From: the human T2T-CHM13v2.0 reference genome, Homo sapiens
Direction: 5' to 3' (one strand)
NCBI RefSeq assembly: GCF_009914755.1
Contig: NC_060931.1
DNA length: 64,000 nt
Part shown: positions 41,900 through 55,334 of the stretch, in pieces
How the letters are laid out: each line of letters begins with the position of its first letter
Numbering within the stretch: the first letter of the stretch is position 1
Position numbers and translations under genes: made by a program
The notes under the pieces: model-generated
The model's input: only the letters and a program-made list of their open reading frames with translations
What the model was told of the DNA's origin: nothing
Databases searched by the model: none

Positions 41900-42600
41900 G
41901 TCATATTTTAAGATGATATGAGAAGATCTAATTTATTGTACATATTTTATTTTTATCACAGATCACTGGTTGAATACATCTTTCTCTAGAGATATGTGAT
42001 ACCATTAACCCCTGCTGCAAACACATACAATTATTTCATAAATTCCAATTCTTTCAAGAGTAATTTATGTTTTCCCTGATATAATTGATGATTGCAGTTG
42101 TGCCACATGTTTTCAGTGATCATAGCTTCACACTGTGGTTTAATTTCTGACAGGGAATGCCCCTCCTAATATTCTTCTCTTAAAATGGCTCGTGCTTCTT
42201 CAAGCGCAGTTGCTTTCCAGATAAGCTTTTGAATCCCATTAGCATGTTTTAAGAGGGCCAAATATAATTTTGTTTCGACTTTATAAGTTCTTAAGTCAGG
42301 GGAGGATTAGTCTATTTGCTCATCAGCCTTTGTCTCCAGGGTGATGACATGTCTCTACACAGGTAAATTGTCTTAACCTCAGCAAGCCTGGGACCTTTCC
42401 CCACATGAAGCCTCTGCTTTAATACTGTTCTTAATGCAGTTCCCGGCTAAGTTCATGTGTGGGTTGTTAGTATTGAGAACAGAACTAAGTTTGTCCGTAT
42501 TACATTTTCTAATTTGTTACTGACTTTGTAGAGGAAATGTGTTCACTTTATGCATTTATGTTGTCATTGTTTTTACCGTGTATTTCCTCTTCCTGTCGTA
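41900..42600 (-). mobile_element. Old L1 antisense fragment
   Basis: AT-rich; ttgctttccagataagcttttgaatc resembles antisense ORF2. Confidence 0.5.
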
Positions 42601-43306
42601 TTGCAGTGCGACCCGCTGGGTGCATCACTGAAGGAGATGAGACCAGCCTAGCCCTAGTGACTGCACAAGGCAAGAGGCTCCCCTCGATGTAACAGCAGGT
42701 GTTGGGAGGGTCTCCTCTCAGTCCCAGTTGGGAGGACTAGGGCTGACCAACTGTGTACGTTTGTGCAGTCCAAGCTGTATTTCCAGCACTGCGCAGATTC
42801 ACTGGGGTCGAAGGGCACGTCCCACCTCTCTGCCTAACCTCCTGGCTGTGTGGCCTTGTGGGAGGCAGGCATGGGTCTTTTCCAGCCACAGACACCACTC
42901 CCACTGCCCTTCTAGCCTGGCCCTGAATCCTAGGAATTTCACTCACAGCCAAGCATCAGCCAGGTGGTAAGTCTGGGATCCTTGGTCCAGGGTGAGTGCA
43001 GCAAGATGGGAAAGGGCACAGCCTGGCAGCCTCGGGAGAGAGCTGACCCGGAAAACCTGCCGGTGGCCTCGGAGGAGGGTGTTCCTCGGAGGGCAGGGTC
43101 GTCCTCTGATGCCGTGCTCAGCCCTGACCCTCCCATGACCCACCTGCTCTGTGCTCACTGGAAATTCCCCAAAATGCATCTCCGTGGGGCTCACTCAGTT
43201 AAAAGGGAGCAAGTGAGCATCATGCAGATGGAAGCCTGACACAAACACCTCCCTCCGTTGGCCGTGCTTGGCCGGGGTGAGGACAGTGCTGAAAGCTCAG
43301 GGAAGG

Positions 43307-44198
43307 CAGAGCCCTGGACGACCACCCTTGCTCCTGTCTCAGGACACAGAGCCCTGGACGACCACCCTTGCTCCTGTCTCAGGACACAGAGCCCTGGACG
43401 ACCACCCTTGCTCCTGTCTCAGGACACAGAGCCCTGGACGACCACCCTTGCTCCTGTCTCAGGACACAGAGCCCTGGACGACCACCCTTGCTCCTGTCTC
43501 AGGACACAGAGCCCTGGACGACCACCCTTGCTCCTGTCTCAGGACACAGAGCCCTGGACGACCACCCTTGCTCCTGTCTCAGGACACAGAGCCCTGGACG
43601 ACCACCCTTGCTCCTGTCTCAGGACACAGAGCCCTGGACGACCACCCTTGCTCCTGTCTCAGGACACAGAGCCCTGGACGACCACCCTTGCTCCTGTCTC
43701 AGGACACAGAGCCCTGGACGACCACCCTTGCTCCTGTCTCAGGACACAGAGCCCTGGACGACCACCCTTGCTCCTGTCTCAGGACACAGAGCCATGGACG
43801 ACCACCCTTGCTCCTGTCTCAGGACACAGAGCCCTGGACGACCACCCTTGCTCCTGTCTCAGGACACAGAGCCCTGGACGACCACCCTTGCTCCTGTCTC
43901 AGGACACAGAGCCCTGGACGACCACCCTTGCTCCTGTCTCAGGACACAGAGCCCTGGACGACCACCCTTGCTCCTGTCTCAGGACACAGAGCCATGGACG
44001 ACCACCCTTGCTCCTGTCTCAGGACACAGAGCCCTGGACGACCACCCTTGCTCCTGTCTCAGGACACAGAGCCCTGGACGACCACCCTTGCTCCTGTCTC
44101 AGGACACAGAGCCCTGGACGACCACCCTTGCTCCTGTCTCAGGACACAGAGCCCTGGACGACCACCCTTGCTCCTGTCTCAGGACACAGAGCCCTGGA
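43307..44198. repeat. 40-bp VNTR (ACCACCCTTGCTCCTGTCTCAGGACACAGAGCCCTGGACG), ~22 near-identical copies
   Basis: Exact 40-bp period; only internal variant is C>A at 43794 and 43994. Confidence 0.99.
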
Positions 44199-45389
44199 TT
44201 GTCTTAGCCAGTGGTCTTTCCTTGCACAGGAAACAGGCCATGCAGAGACCCTGGCAGGCCACTGCTCCTCCCTGGCCTGGGTTGCAAGGGACAGGGGCCC
44301 TTGAGGATGGCATTCCTCCTATGGCCCTCGGCCTCGGACCCCCAGGGAGCTGTCTCCTGGCACTTCTTGGCAAGTCCACCCCATGGCCATCTGTGTTGGC
44401 TCAAGGCTTTCTTTCCCGTCGTTCTTCACATCTGGTGGCCAGGAGTTCTTCCCTGAAGATCTGGACCTGCCCATAGACCTGGGCTGGATTACAAAAAAAG
44501 AGGAAGCTGGCAAAATCCGCAGTGTGTCTTTTCCTCCAAGGACATTTAAAAAATACATGTGGGAAAAATCAGAGTTTCAAAAATGGCAAGTGTTATGAAA
44601 TAAAGTGCACACGTCCTCTTTTCTGCACGAAACAGAAAGCACGCGGTTATTTTCAGCTCCCGGAGCTCCACTGGGAATAGGGTGGTAGAGTTGCCAATGT
44701 GTACACAGAAGGGTTCTTTTTTTATCAGCTGCTGAAGGCTCCAAGGATGGAGTGCGATTCTAAAGGGTGCATTAAGGCAAACATTGAGCTAACAGAGCGA
44801 AGGCTGCCAGCCAGCGGCGGAGATGGGCGTCCCTGGAACGCCTCCGCTTCCCCGGCTGCCCCGCCGCACTCCCAGGCTCCGCTGCCTCATGCACAAGGTC
44901 AGGATGCTGATGGGAAGACCCTGGGTTCCTAAGGAGGATTTGATGAGAAAACGCACAGGAGGTGCCAGCACACTGCCTGCCACACTCAACAAAGGCCATT
45001 GTTGTTATTGTTGCTGCTATCATTAGTGTTCGTCTGCAGATTCCAGGGTGACATCACTTGACTCATTTTTTAACTGTGTATTTTGAGATAATTTTAGGCT
45101 TACAGAAAAGTTACAAAAGTTGCAAAAGTTACTTCTCCAGGGACCAACAGCCTGGAGGAGACCCTGTTCCTTGTGGAAACTGGCCGCACACCTCCTGCCT
45201 TGCACAAGATGTCAGGGAAGGGCGGTGGCTTTGGAGGCTTCAGGGAGTGAATGTCGACGGGGTCTGCAAGAGCTCCCAATGCCCAAGCTGGAGAAATTCT
45301 AGGAACAAAATAAATAATCGTAGCCCAGATGCTCCTGGACTGGTGGGGCCACATCCTGACAACCCATCGTAAGTTTAATATACCCCAGG

Positions 45390-45698
45390 GACATGGATGA
45401 AGCTGGAAACCATCATTCTGAGCAAACTATCGCAAGGACAGAAAACCAAACACCGCATGTTCTCACTCATAGGTGGGAACTGAACAATGAGAACACTTGG
45501 ACACAGGAAGGGGAACATCATACACCAGGGCCTGTTGTGGGGTGGGGAGAGGGGAGGGATAGCATTAGGAGATATACCTAATGTAAATGATGAGTTAACG
45601 GGTGCAGCACACCAACATGGCACATGTATACATATGTAACAAACCTGCACGTTGTGCACATGTACCCTAGAACTTAAAAGTATAATAATAGAAAAAAA
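45390..45698 (+). mobile_element. 5'-truncated L1PA (primate-specific) 3' end
   Basis: gacatggatgaagctggaaaccatcattct...cacatgtaccctagaacttaaaagtataat plus A tail; TSD ataccccagg at 45380-45389 and 45699-45708. Confidence 0.95.
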
Positions 45699-46959
45699 AT
45701 ACCCCAGGTCAAAATGCATTTAATGCACCTCATCTTCCGGGCATCATAGCTGAGCCCTCTCACCTCAGACATGCTCAGAGCGTGGATATGAGGCTGGCAT
45801 TGGTAAAATCATCTCACACAGCTCACAGCTGCCTGAAGATGCTCACTCACCAGCTGCCAGCATTTCTGGGGCGGTCCTGAGAGGGTCTGCAGCTGGCGCA
45901 CGAGGTGAACACAATGCTAAGGACAAAATTACACAAGGAATGTGCAAGAGTTCCACTGTTCACAGTGGGAATCACCTAATTCACACACAACCAGCTTCAC
46001 AAAATGAGCTCCAGGCGGCCGGCTGGAGGGACGCGGAGGCCAGCAGGTGGAAGCCAGTGTTTAAAGCCACAGGTAGACGCGGCCTCAGCACCTTCCCGTT
46101 TGTGCCGGCCCAGAGGCACTGCCTGAGCACACCACCTGGGGAGGCTGCAGGTCTAAGCAGCCTGAAAGTGACCCTCACCAGGCCCTGAAGCCACCACTGG
46201 GTCGGGGGCCCAGCCTTCCTTCCAGTGCAGGGGCCCCACCCCAGCCGACTGCAGACTCAGGGTGCAAGCTTCCTCTGCTTGGGTACTCCTCGAGGTCCTC
46301 CTGGGCATCCTGAGCTCCTCTGTGTGCATTTCCTATGCTGTTCACAGTCCTACTGCATGGCCCAGGAGGGAAAGGGAGGGGAGGGGAGGAGGAGAAGGGA
46401 CTCTCCTTGCTCCCAAACTGCTGAACACTCAGCATCTGCCTCCTTTCTCAGCCAAAGGAAGGCCCTCGCCAAACACTCCTGACTATTGCAGTTGCTGGTC
46501 ACCTACTCCTGTCCCACTCAATGGCTGCCCCCCGTCAGCCACCTGTGGCCCAGTGATCAGCTCACCTCCTGCACACACCATGTGGGCAGCTCACCAAGCC
46601 ACCCTCCCCACCATTTCCAGGAAGGGCCAGGACTCACAGAAAACAGGCTTGTTTGTGAGCCACGCGGTCACTTACACTTTGCAAAGCGGCGTGGGCGCTT
46701 CTATTCTGAAGCATCCGCCGAGGCTTGGAACACACCCAGCCGGCAGCTGTCTGCTCCACTCGCTCCTCTGTTTTGGGGAAGGGCCTCTGGCAGAGGGAGT
46801 ATGAGGCCTGTGGTTCTGACGGGAGGAACAAGGGTGTCTGAGGGACCAGGGAGGAGGGTGGGAGACTGTCAGGGGGACTTGCAGACCACAGTATTCATTT
46901 CTTACAGCCCCCGGACAATGTGGCAGCTTGAACAACACCCATGTATTATCACAGTCGGA

Positions 46960-47380
46960 GAGGGTTGGCTCAGCGGGGTACTCTGCTCTCATAGGCCAAA
47001 GTCAAGGTGCCAGTGGGCCGTGCTCTTGTCTGGGGCTCGAGGAAAGAACATGCTTCAGGCTCACTGGGGGCTAGAGGACTTCTCCCTGTGGCTGAGGGAC
47101 AGAGGCCCCACTCCCCTGTGGGCTGTCAGCTCAAGGCTGGCTGCATCCGCCTTCTCAAAGCCAGCAAGGGCACCCTGAGTCCTCCTCACGCCGAGTCCTC
47201 TCTGCCACCCTCTTCCGCCTGCATCCAGAGGACGCTCTCTGCTGTCAGGGCTCCCCCAGAAACCAGGATAACCTCCCTCGTTTAAGGCCAACTGTCCAGA
47301 GAACAATGTGCCTCAGGGTGGCCTCTCATCACACTCAAGCTTCTGGGGGTGAGTGCGGGACATCCTTGGGGGCCTCCATA
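46960..47380 (-). mobile_element. MLT1-type LTR fragment
   Basis: aagtcaaggtgccag...ccaggataacctccc...catccttggggg. Confidence 0.5.
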
Positions 47381-47627
47381 GCCATCGTGAAGGTGGCTTT
47401 TCCTGACCTAGCTGGATGGGGACCTGCTGGAGAGATGGGAGCTGAGAGGGGTCTGAGCTGACATGTATTTTTGGAAGAAACCTCTGGCTGCTGTGTTGAG
47501 ACTAGACTGGATATAGATACAGCTCATGTATATTGTTCATTCACAGAGCACTTTCACCAAACACCCACATTCCAGCATTCCTGAGTGTGGCCTGCTACCT
47601 CAGAACAGAAAGCGGGAGAAGGAGAGC

Positions 47628-47977
47628 TATATCATCATCTTTCTGTCTATCTATCCATCTATCATCTATCTATCATCTATCATCTATCATCTATCTATGT
47701 ACCTATCTACCTATCATCTATCACCTATCTATCTATCTAACCTATCTACCTATCATCTATCATCTATCTGTCTCTGTCTCTATCATCTATCATCTATCTA
47801 TCTATCATCTATCTATCTGTCTCTATCTATCTATCATCTATCTGTCTCTATCTGTCTCTATCATCTATCATCTATCTATCTGTCGCTATCTATCATCTAT
47901 CTATCTATCATCTATCACCTATCCTCTATCATCTATCATCCATCTATCTATCATCTATCTGTCTCTATCATCTATCA

Positions 47978-48021
<44 letters not shown>

Positions 48022-48090
48022 ATCTATCTATGTGTCTCTGTCTATCTATCTATCCTTCTGTCTATCTATCCACGTGCCTTTCTGTCTGTA
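47628..48090. repeat. Compound (CTAT)n / GATA microsatellite
   Basis: About 460 bp of ctat/catctat with a pure run near 47978-48020; flanked by L2-like sequence. Confidence 0.97.
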
Positions 48091-48605
48091 GACTGGAGGT
48101 GGGTGGGAGGGGCATGGCAGCCATACAAAACAGGTACAGAAGTCACAGGTGACAGTGGCTCCATCAGAGTGGTGATGGTGGAGGTAAGAAATGGTTGTGT
48201 CTGGAAAGATTTTTAGACCAGCGCTTCCCAAAAGCCCTCTCCCCGCATCCCCCACCCCCACCACCTCTGACACCTAGCTTTTTCTTCCATAAGAGTCTGG
48301 CTTAGCTTAAACTTCAGGGTCATTCTGATTTACAATACGGCAAAATCCTGTAAGCAAAGATGCACAAAGACTGCAGGCCTGAAATCAGTGTGAAAAGAGA
48401 GTATAAAGGGAACACGTGCAGTAAAGTATTTCAACACATTTACTCTGTGCACACGTCTGCAGCCTCAGCCGCGCTTCTGACCTCAGGTCCAGCCACACAT
48501 CCCGCCCCCGAGGGAAGGATTCAGACCTGGAGCCCTTTTTCTTGAGGAGCTGGGCAGTGGTGGGCTGGACAGCAGAAGGAAGTCCAGAAGCCAGATCTGC
48601 ACAAC

Positions 48606-48695
48606 GGGTGGGGGTCGGGGGTTAGGGGTGGGGGTGAGGGTGGGGGTCGGGGGTTAGGGGTGGGGGTGAGGGTGGGGGTCGGGGATGGGGGGTGG
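48606..48695. repeat. 32-bp G-rich repeat, ~2.5 copies
   Basis: gggtgggggtcgggggttaggggtgggggtga at 48606 and 48638, partial at 48670. Confidence 0.9.
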
Positions 48696-49294
48696 TCCGC
48701 AAGCCCAGGGAAGCAGGAGTGGGGTTAGGCACGGAGATAGGGAAGAAACGGGACAAATTCAGAGTGATGCTCTGTTTATGTGTTATTTATTTATGTATTT
48801 ATTTTGAGCTACCACAGATCACAAAGAAAACAGCCGATGATGGCTCATGAGGGTGTCTCAGGGAGGCCGTCGGGGCCCCTGCACCTTGAGTTGTTCTAAG
48901 GTAGGGAGGAGGGAAAGCGATCAGCCTGCTGGTCCCTTTCCATTGCTCAAGACCCTGCCAAGCAGCCCCTGGCCTTTGCCCAAAGTGGAGACGATGGAGG
49001 GCTCAGGACGACGGGGCGAGGTGCTCAGTGCAGAGGAGGGAGCCTGCACCCACTGGGGTAGAGCTGATGGCCTGAGCATATGCGGCACCCACGGGACAGA
49101 ATGCTCTTCCCCCATCCTTGCCCAGGTTGCTGGAGCTGACACCCAGGTGAACGCGGCTGGGACGAAACAGTGGTGAGCGGCCACTAAGCTTCTGTCCCAG
49201 TCTCCGTCAGCTGACCCCACCGAGAGCACACACTTACCCAGGAGAGAATCACACCCGGCCCTTCTGAGTGCTGTGGCGCCTTCAGACTTTATTC

Positions 49295-49802
49295 GTAGCA
49301 GATGCCGTGAGGACTCTGCCCACATTTCTCTGTATCCACTGACCATTTTTATGCCCCCGAGCCCCAGGTCTCTCAGTCCCAGCATCCGGCTTCTGAATCT
49401 TGCAGGCCCCCGAGCCCCAGGTCTCTCAGTCCCAGCATCCGGCTTCTGAATCTTGCAGGGGCTGCCCTCTGGCCACAGGAACCTCTTCCCTGGGGTTCGC
49501 TGAGCTCCTGGAGGGCTACGCTGTCTGGGAATTTATAACCCTCAGACAGTGAATGACAGATAAGACATAGAGCACCTGAGCACCCCCCAAACCAAAGGGC
49601 ACACCTGTGAGCAGTGACAAGCAGCCTCCCAGTTCCTCCATGAGATGGAGCCGGAGTGACCCCCACAGCGTGCGGCCTCCTCCCCACCCAGTACCACCCC
49701 CCATTCCCACAAAGGGGTCTTCCAGGGAACACATCATTTATTTATACTGCTTCCACACAAATCCTCGTCTTGGGTTTGCTTCTAGAACCCCAGACTGAGA
49801 TA
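49295..49802 (+). mobile_element. LTR16-like ERVL solo LTR with an exact internal 53-bp duplication (49353-49458)
   Basis: gtagcagatgccgtg start; cacacaaatcctcgtcttgggtttgcttctagaacccc.gactgaga end. Confidence 0.55.
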
Positions 49803-50024
49803 CCAACCCACAATCACGCCAGTGTTCAAATTCCATTCCCACCCAGGTGCCGAGGACGGCCAGGTGAGCAGCAGAGGACGATGACAGGAATTCTGAGTCC
49901 GCCTCAGTGAACAAAGCGGCGTGTGGCACACGGTCATGCCACGAGCCTGAGAGCAGATTGCAAAGCAAAGCGTGTAGTGCAATCCAACTTTTGGAAAGAA
50001 AAATAAATCCTTTATATATGACGG

Positions 50025-50500
50025 TGTAATAAAGAATTGAACCTTGCCCAGAGAGACCTGGCCTCTTCCCCCAGCTTCTGAGAGGTGGTCTCTAAGCCAC
50101 ATGGGACGGTCTTGGTTTGCCTGGGCCTTTGGACCACACCAGGAGGCCTAAAGTGTGATTCAGGTAGGGGTTGCGATGAGCTCACCCTCGAGTGAGCTGG
50201 AGACCTCCATCCGCATGGGCAGTCAACCATGGGGCCCCAGCAAAGGCTCTGGGACACTAAGCTCGGGGGATCCCACCTGGATGCCCCAAGTGACACTGCC
50301 CACAGCTCTGTGGGGAAGGACCCTCTGCAGGTGGGAACTTCCTGGACTCCGGCCTGAGCGCCTTTCCCTGGGTTGATAGTCATCTGTGTCCTACCCTTGT
50401 GCTAAGTCATGACCATGAGTATATCAGCTTTCAGTGAGTTTTTCTAGCGAATTATCAAAACTGAGGGTGGTCTTGGAGACCCCTACCCTTGTAACTGGTG
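50025..50500 (+). mobile_element. MER21-like LTR fragment
   Basis: tgtaataaagaattg start; ttctagcgaattatcaaaactgagggtggtcttgg. Confidence 0.6.
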
Positions 50501-50699
50501 AAGAATTGAGGACAGTTTTGTAGATTATGGTTCCCTCTAGCCCTGCAATGATGTTGACTGTAAGTACATTAAAGTATTTGTTAGACACTGGAAAACGATA
50601 TGCAAAATGTAGGAAGTGGATGCCTCTGGGCTGTAGGATCATGCATAAGAGTGTATTCTTGTGTTTTCTATTTATTTTGTGCAAGACACGGTGATTACA

Positions 50700-51890
50700 T
50701 ACAGTGGGAGCTCCCTCAACCAACCTCTGCTCCAGCAACTCACATAATCTTGGTCAAAATGGGCTGGATGACTCAGTGAGCACAGGGGGCAAGGAGGCTG
50801 CTCTCTGCTGGTCGTGGATTTCGTCAGTTGAGATGTGACCAACCGGGAGACACTCAGGTTTGCTCCAAACCTGTTGATGCCACCTGTGATCCTTACTAGT
50901 GTCAGAGGCATTTGAACCAGAGCGACTCCATCTTGAATAGGGGCTGGATGAAATGAGGCTGAGACCTGTGGGCTGTAACCCCAGGAAGTTCAGTGTTCTT
51001 AGTCACAGGATGAGTAGGAGGTCCGCACAAGGTACAAGTCACAAAGACCCTGCTGATAAAACAGAATATGGTAACGAAGCTGGCTGAAACCAAGACGGCA
51101 ACGAAAGTGACCTCTGGTCACCCTCACTCCTCGCTATACACTAATTATAATGCACTAGCATGCTAAGAGACACTCCCACCAGTGCATGACAGTTTACAGA
51201 TGCCATGGCAATGTCAGGAAGCTACCCCATGTGGTCTAAAAAGGGGAGGAACCCTCAGTTACAGGAATTGCCCACCCCTTTCCCAGGAAAATCTTGAATG
51301 ATCCACCCCTTGTTTAGCATATCATCAAGAAATAACCATAAGTATATTCAGTCGAGCAGCGGACATCACTGCTTTTCCTACAGAGTAGCCATTCTTTCAT
51401 TCCTTTACTTTCTTAACAAACTTGCTTTCACTTTATGGACTAGCCCCGAATTCTTTCTTGCACGAGGTTTAAGATCCCCTTCTTGGGGTCTGGATTGAGA
51501 CCCTGTTCCAGTAACACCATGAAACTTAATTCAACATTATGTAACCTATTACATATCAGTGCAAAATGACAGAAAGTTGTTTCTACATAAACCTAGATAA
51601 GTGATTTGGGAAAACAAGGTCAAGGTAACTTGAGGCTGCTTTAAAAATTGCTTTTGAATTAGGTATAGACAAGATGACTCTTAAAAATGAAAACTAATTG
51701 GTGAACGTTTGGAGAAATTCTGGTCTTAGATTGTCTTAAAATGTGCCCAACTTCTTGGTCCACTTTAAAAAATATGAAATTGGGTGGCTAGGAAGGAGAG
51801 TTAAGCCTGGGGTTTACACTAAAGAAGAAGAAGAACTTCAATCAGCAGACCAATGCTAAATACAAGCTTGTCCCTATATGGAAATATCTA
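50700..51890 (+). mobile_element. Ancient Tigger (Tigger13a-like) remnant split by MER41B
   Basis: agttgtttcta...aaaaattgc..ttgaattaggt...tccactttaaa...aacttcaatcagcagacc. Confidence 0.45.
50900..51516 (+). mobile_element. MER41B solo LTR (ERV1)
   Basis: tgtcagaggcatttgaaccagagcgactccatcttgaataggggctgg ... cttggggtctggatt...gtaaca. Confidence 0.9.
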
Positions 51891-51891
51891 G

Positions 51892-52079
51892 ATTCATGAA
51901 TGGAGCCAGAAGTGGCCAGATGGTGATGACGACCAGAGGGAGGGTTGGAGGCCTGGGACTGGGGCGTTGGCTAGGAAGGGGTGGGAATATTCATGAATGG
52001 AGAAGTGGCCAGATGGTGATGACGACCAGAGGGAGGGTTGGAGGTCCAAGACTGGGGCGTTGGCTAGGAAGGGGTGGGA
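51892..52079. repeat. 97-bp tandem duplication (2 copies)
   Basis: attcatgaatggag...ctaggaaggggtggga at 51892 and 51989. Confidence 0.95.
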
Positions 52080-52171
52080 GGGCCTCTCTGGAGTCACAGA
52101 AGCCTCATGCATCTTGACCAGGACGGTGGATGCATGGCTTACATTGGTCACAACTTGTCAACTTGTATGAC

Positions 52172-52618
52172 TGAAAACTGAACATCACATTGAATTGGAC
52201 TCAAAGGCAAGACCTGAGGCAAAATTCATGTAAGGAGGGAGTTTGGGCGAAGCTTGAGGACTGCTGCCCGGAAGCGTAGATTCAAGTTGCCCTGAATACA
52301 CCTCCTATTAGCAGCTGTTACAGGTGGGTTTTTCAAGGGAAAGAAGAGGCTGTTCCAAGTTGTTGACCAAGGATTTATGTTAAAGTAACATAATCTATTG
52401 CTTGGCTCTATATTGTTAAGCCGTAGGGTGTGAGTTGCAGTGTCTGCTGCTGCACTAGGAGGTTAACCTGAGGCAACAGCCAGCGTTTCAAGAGACGAAT
52501 ACACAGCTCCAAGGCGGGGAGTGGGAAGTCACTGCCGCCTCACTTGACTGCCTCTCTGGGCCTGATCGTTTAAAAGGACTTGCATCATCCCTCAGCACAA
52601 TTTCTTTCCTTTTCTCAA
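52172..52618 (-). mobile_element. MER67-like LTR
   Basis: Reverse complement begins tgagaaaaggaaag...agtccttttaaa..atcaggcccagagagg. Confidence 0.65.
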
Positions 52619-52913
52619 TTGTATGAAAATTATACCTCAATAAGTTTACTATAGAAATTAATGAGTAAATATGTATAAGTTTTCAAGTTAAAAATATATG
52701 TAAAATATGTTTGCTCACTTTTTTAACCTATCTTCATCGGTTTTAAAAATTAACAAACCATGATGGCTTTGGAAACATGTTCTTCCATTTGTTACTTTCA
52801 TAATGAAAGAAGAAATGTATTTTAAATAACATTTAAATTTAATTTTTTCATTATCATCTGGGAAGCCCCAGCCCTTTATGAAAGGAAAACAATGTCCACT
52901 TTAGAGTTAAACT

Positions 52914-53810
<897 letters not shown>

Positions 53811-55024
53811 AACTTTTCCTATTAGAAATTTAGCTGAAGTTGAGGTCACATAAGTCTTCTGGAGCATTCCCTAACACAGAAAATGCCCCGCCCTTTAGAA
53901 TTCTAACAGGACAGAGAAAGTGGAGGCGAGGAGCCCACCCTCTCCAACTCCTGCTCTTACCGGGGCCCCAAGACCCAGAGGAGGGGCCTGCCTGGGCCCT
54001 GGGGAGGGCACCCAGCCTGTGCTCCCTGGAAGGGTGGGTTACTCCAGGCAGGCCACTCCTGCTGGCATGGCGATGATTCAGTTTCAGCCCTGCACCTGCA
54101 GCCTCTGGTTGCAGCCGGTCTGCAGTGTTTCTCTTTGTTCCCCCTTCCATCTTCCTCCCACCTTATGTTCCCATGCTTCCCAGCAGGAGGGGAGGCCCAA
54201 TTTGCGTTTCCTTTTCTGTAATAAAGCCTGCTGATGGGTGATTGCAGCTTTCTCTCACTGCCAGGGAGGAACTGGGGTAGGCTCCAGGCAGCCAGAGGCA
54301 CCACTGTGCTTCCGTGGGTTTCCCCGGGGCACCTTCAAGTTCCAGTGTGAGTGCTGTTGAGATTCCGGGCGTCCAGTGCACACACGGGAGACGGCCATTG
54401 CCTCCCCTCCAGCCCCAGCCGCGGTGCACAGGGCGAAGGCTGTGTGGGTGAAGGCTATTTGTGAGTGAGGCCGGGGAATGAGGGGCAGTTGGCTGCTGCT
54501 CTGGAGGCCTGGGCGGCCTTGGTGTCTGGGAGCCTCGGCCAGGACACTGGCCGGTGGGGCCCTCGTGGCCCTAGCTGACCTTGACTTACTGCAGCTGGAG
54601 CGAAGTCTCCCACAGGTCCTCCATCCTGCAGGGATTCGGGCATGACTAGGGGTCAGGTGAATCTGATGGACAGCCCTGCTGCATGAGTTCAGGCTGGGGC
54701 ACTCCTGCAGGAGACTGAGCGCCCAGCACTGTCCATGAGGAGGGGGATTCTGAGCACTCACTGTGGCTGTGCCCCCGACTCAGCTGCAGCCTGGAGGGAG
54801 TGTCCAGCCCCAGGGAAGGCAGAAAGCCCTTGACAAACCCTGGTGCTCTGGCAGCCTGGTGGGCTGACAGGCAGCCCTGTCCCCATCCCTCCGCACGTCT
54901 CAGGCATGGCCTGCACGGGTCTCCTCGCAGGTGCCCCCACACCCCACCATGCACGCCTGGCCATCTCCTAGAGAAAGGCCTCCCAGGCTGCTCAGGAGTG
55001 GCCAGGCTCCTCCTGCCCTCCTTC

Positions 55025-55232
55025 TCTTTGAGTGCTGAGCATGGGAGGCAGGTGGGGGGCCAAGGTCTTTGAGTGCTGAGCATGGGAGGCAGGTGGGGGG
55101 CCAAGGTCTTTGAGTGCTGAGCATGGGAGGCAGGTGGGGGGCCAAGGTCTTTGAGTGCTGAGCATGGGAAGCAGGTGGGGGGGCCAAGGTCTTTGAGTGC
55201 TGAGCATGGGAGGCAGGTTGGGGGCCAAGGTC
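55025..55232. repeat. 41-bp minisatellite, 5 copies
   Basis: tctttgagtgctgagcatgggaggcaggtggggggccaagg at 55025, 55066, 55107, 55148 and 55190. Confidence 0.97.
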
Positions 55233-55334
55233 TGAGCCTTTTGGAAGCACCCATCATCTGGTTCTCAAGTCAACTCTGATTTTCACGTCACTGGTGATTA
55301 CTTCGTTTTAAAAGGTAGCCTCCTGTTTTGGAGG

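Noticed and set aside
43307-44198. CRISPR-like regular repeat
   Set aside because: Head-to-tail units with no unique spacers and no cas genes; eukaryotic context.
43258-44476. 279-402 aa ORFs in three + frames
   Set aside because: Translation of the 40-bp VNTR; the same peptide cycles through all frames.
47526-48216. 208-227 aa hydrophobic Ile/Tyr/Leu/Ser ORFs
   Set aside because: (CTAT)n microsatellite translation.
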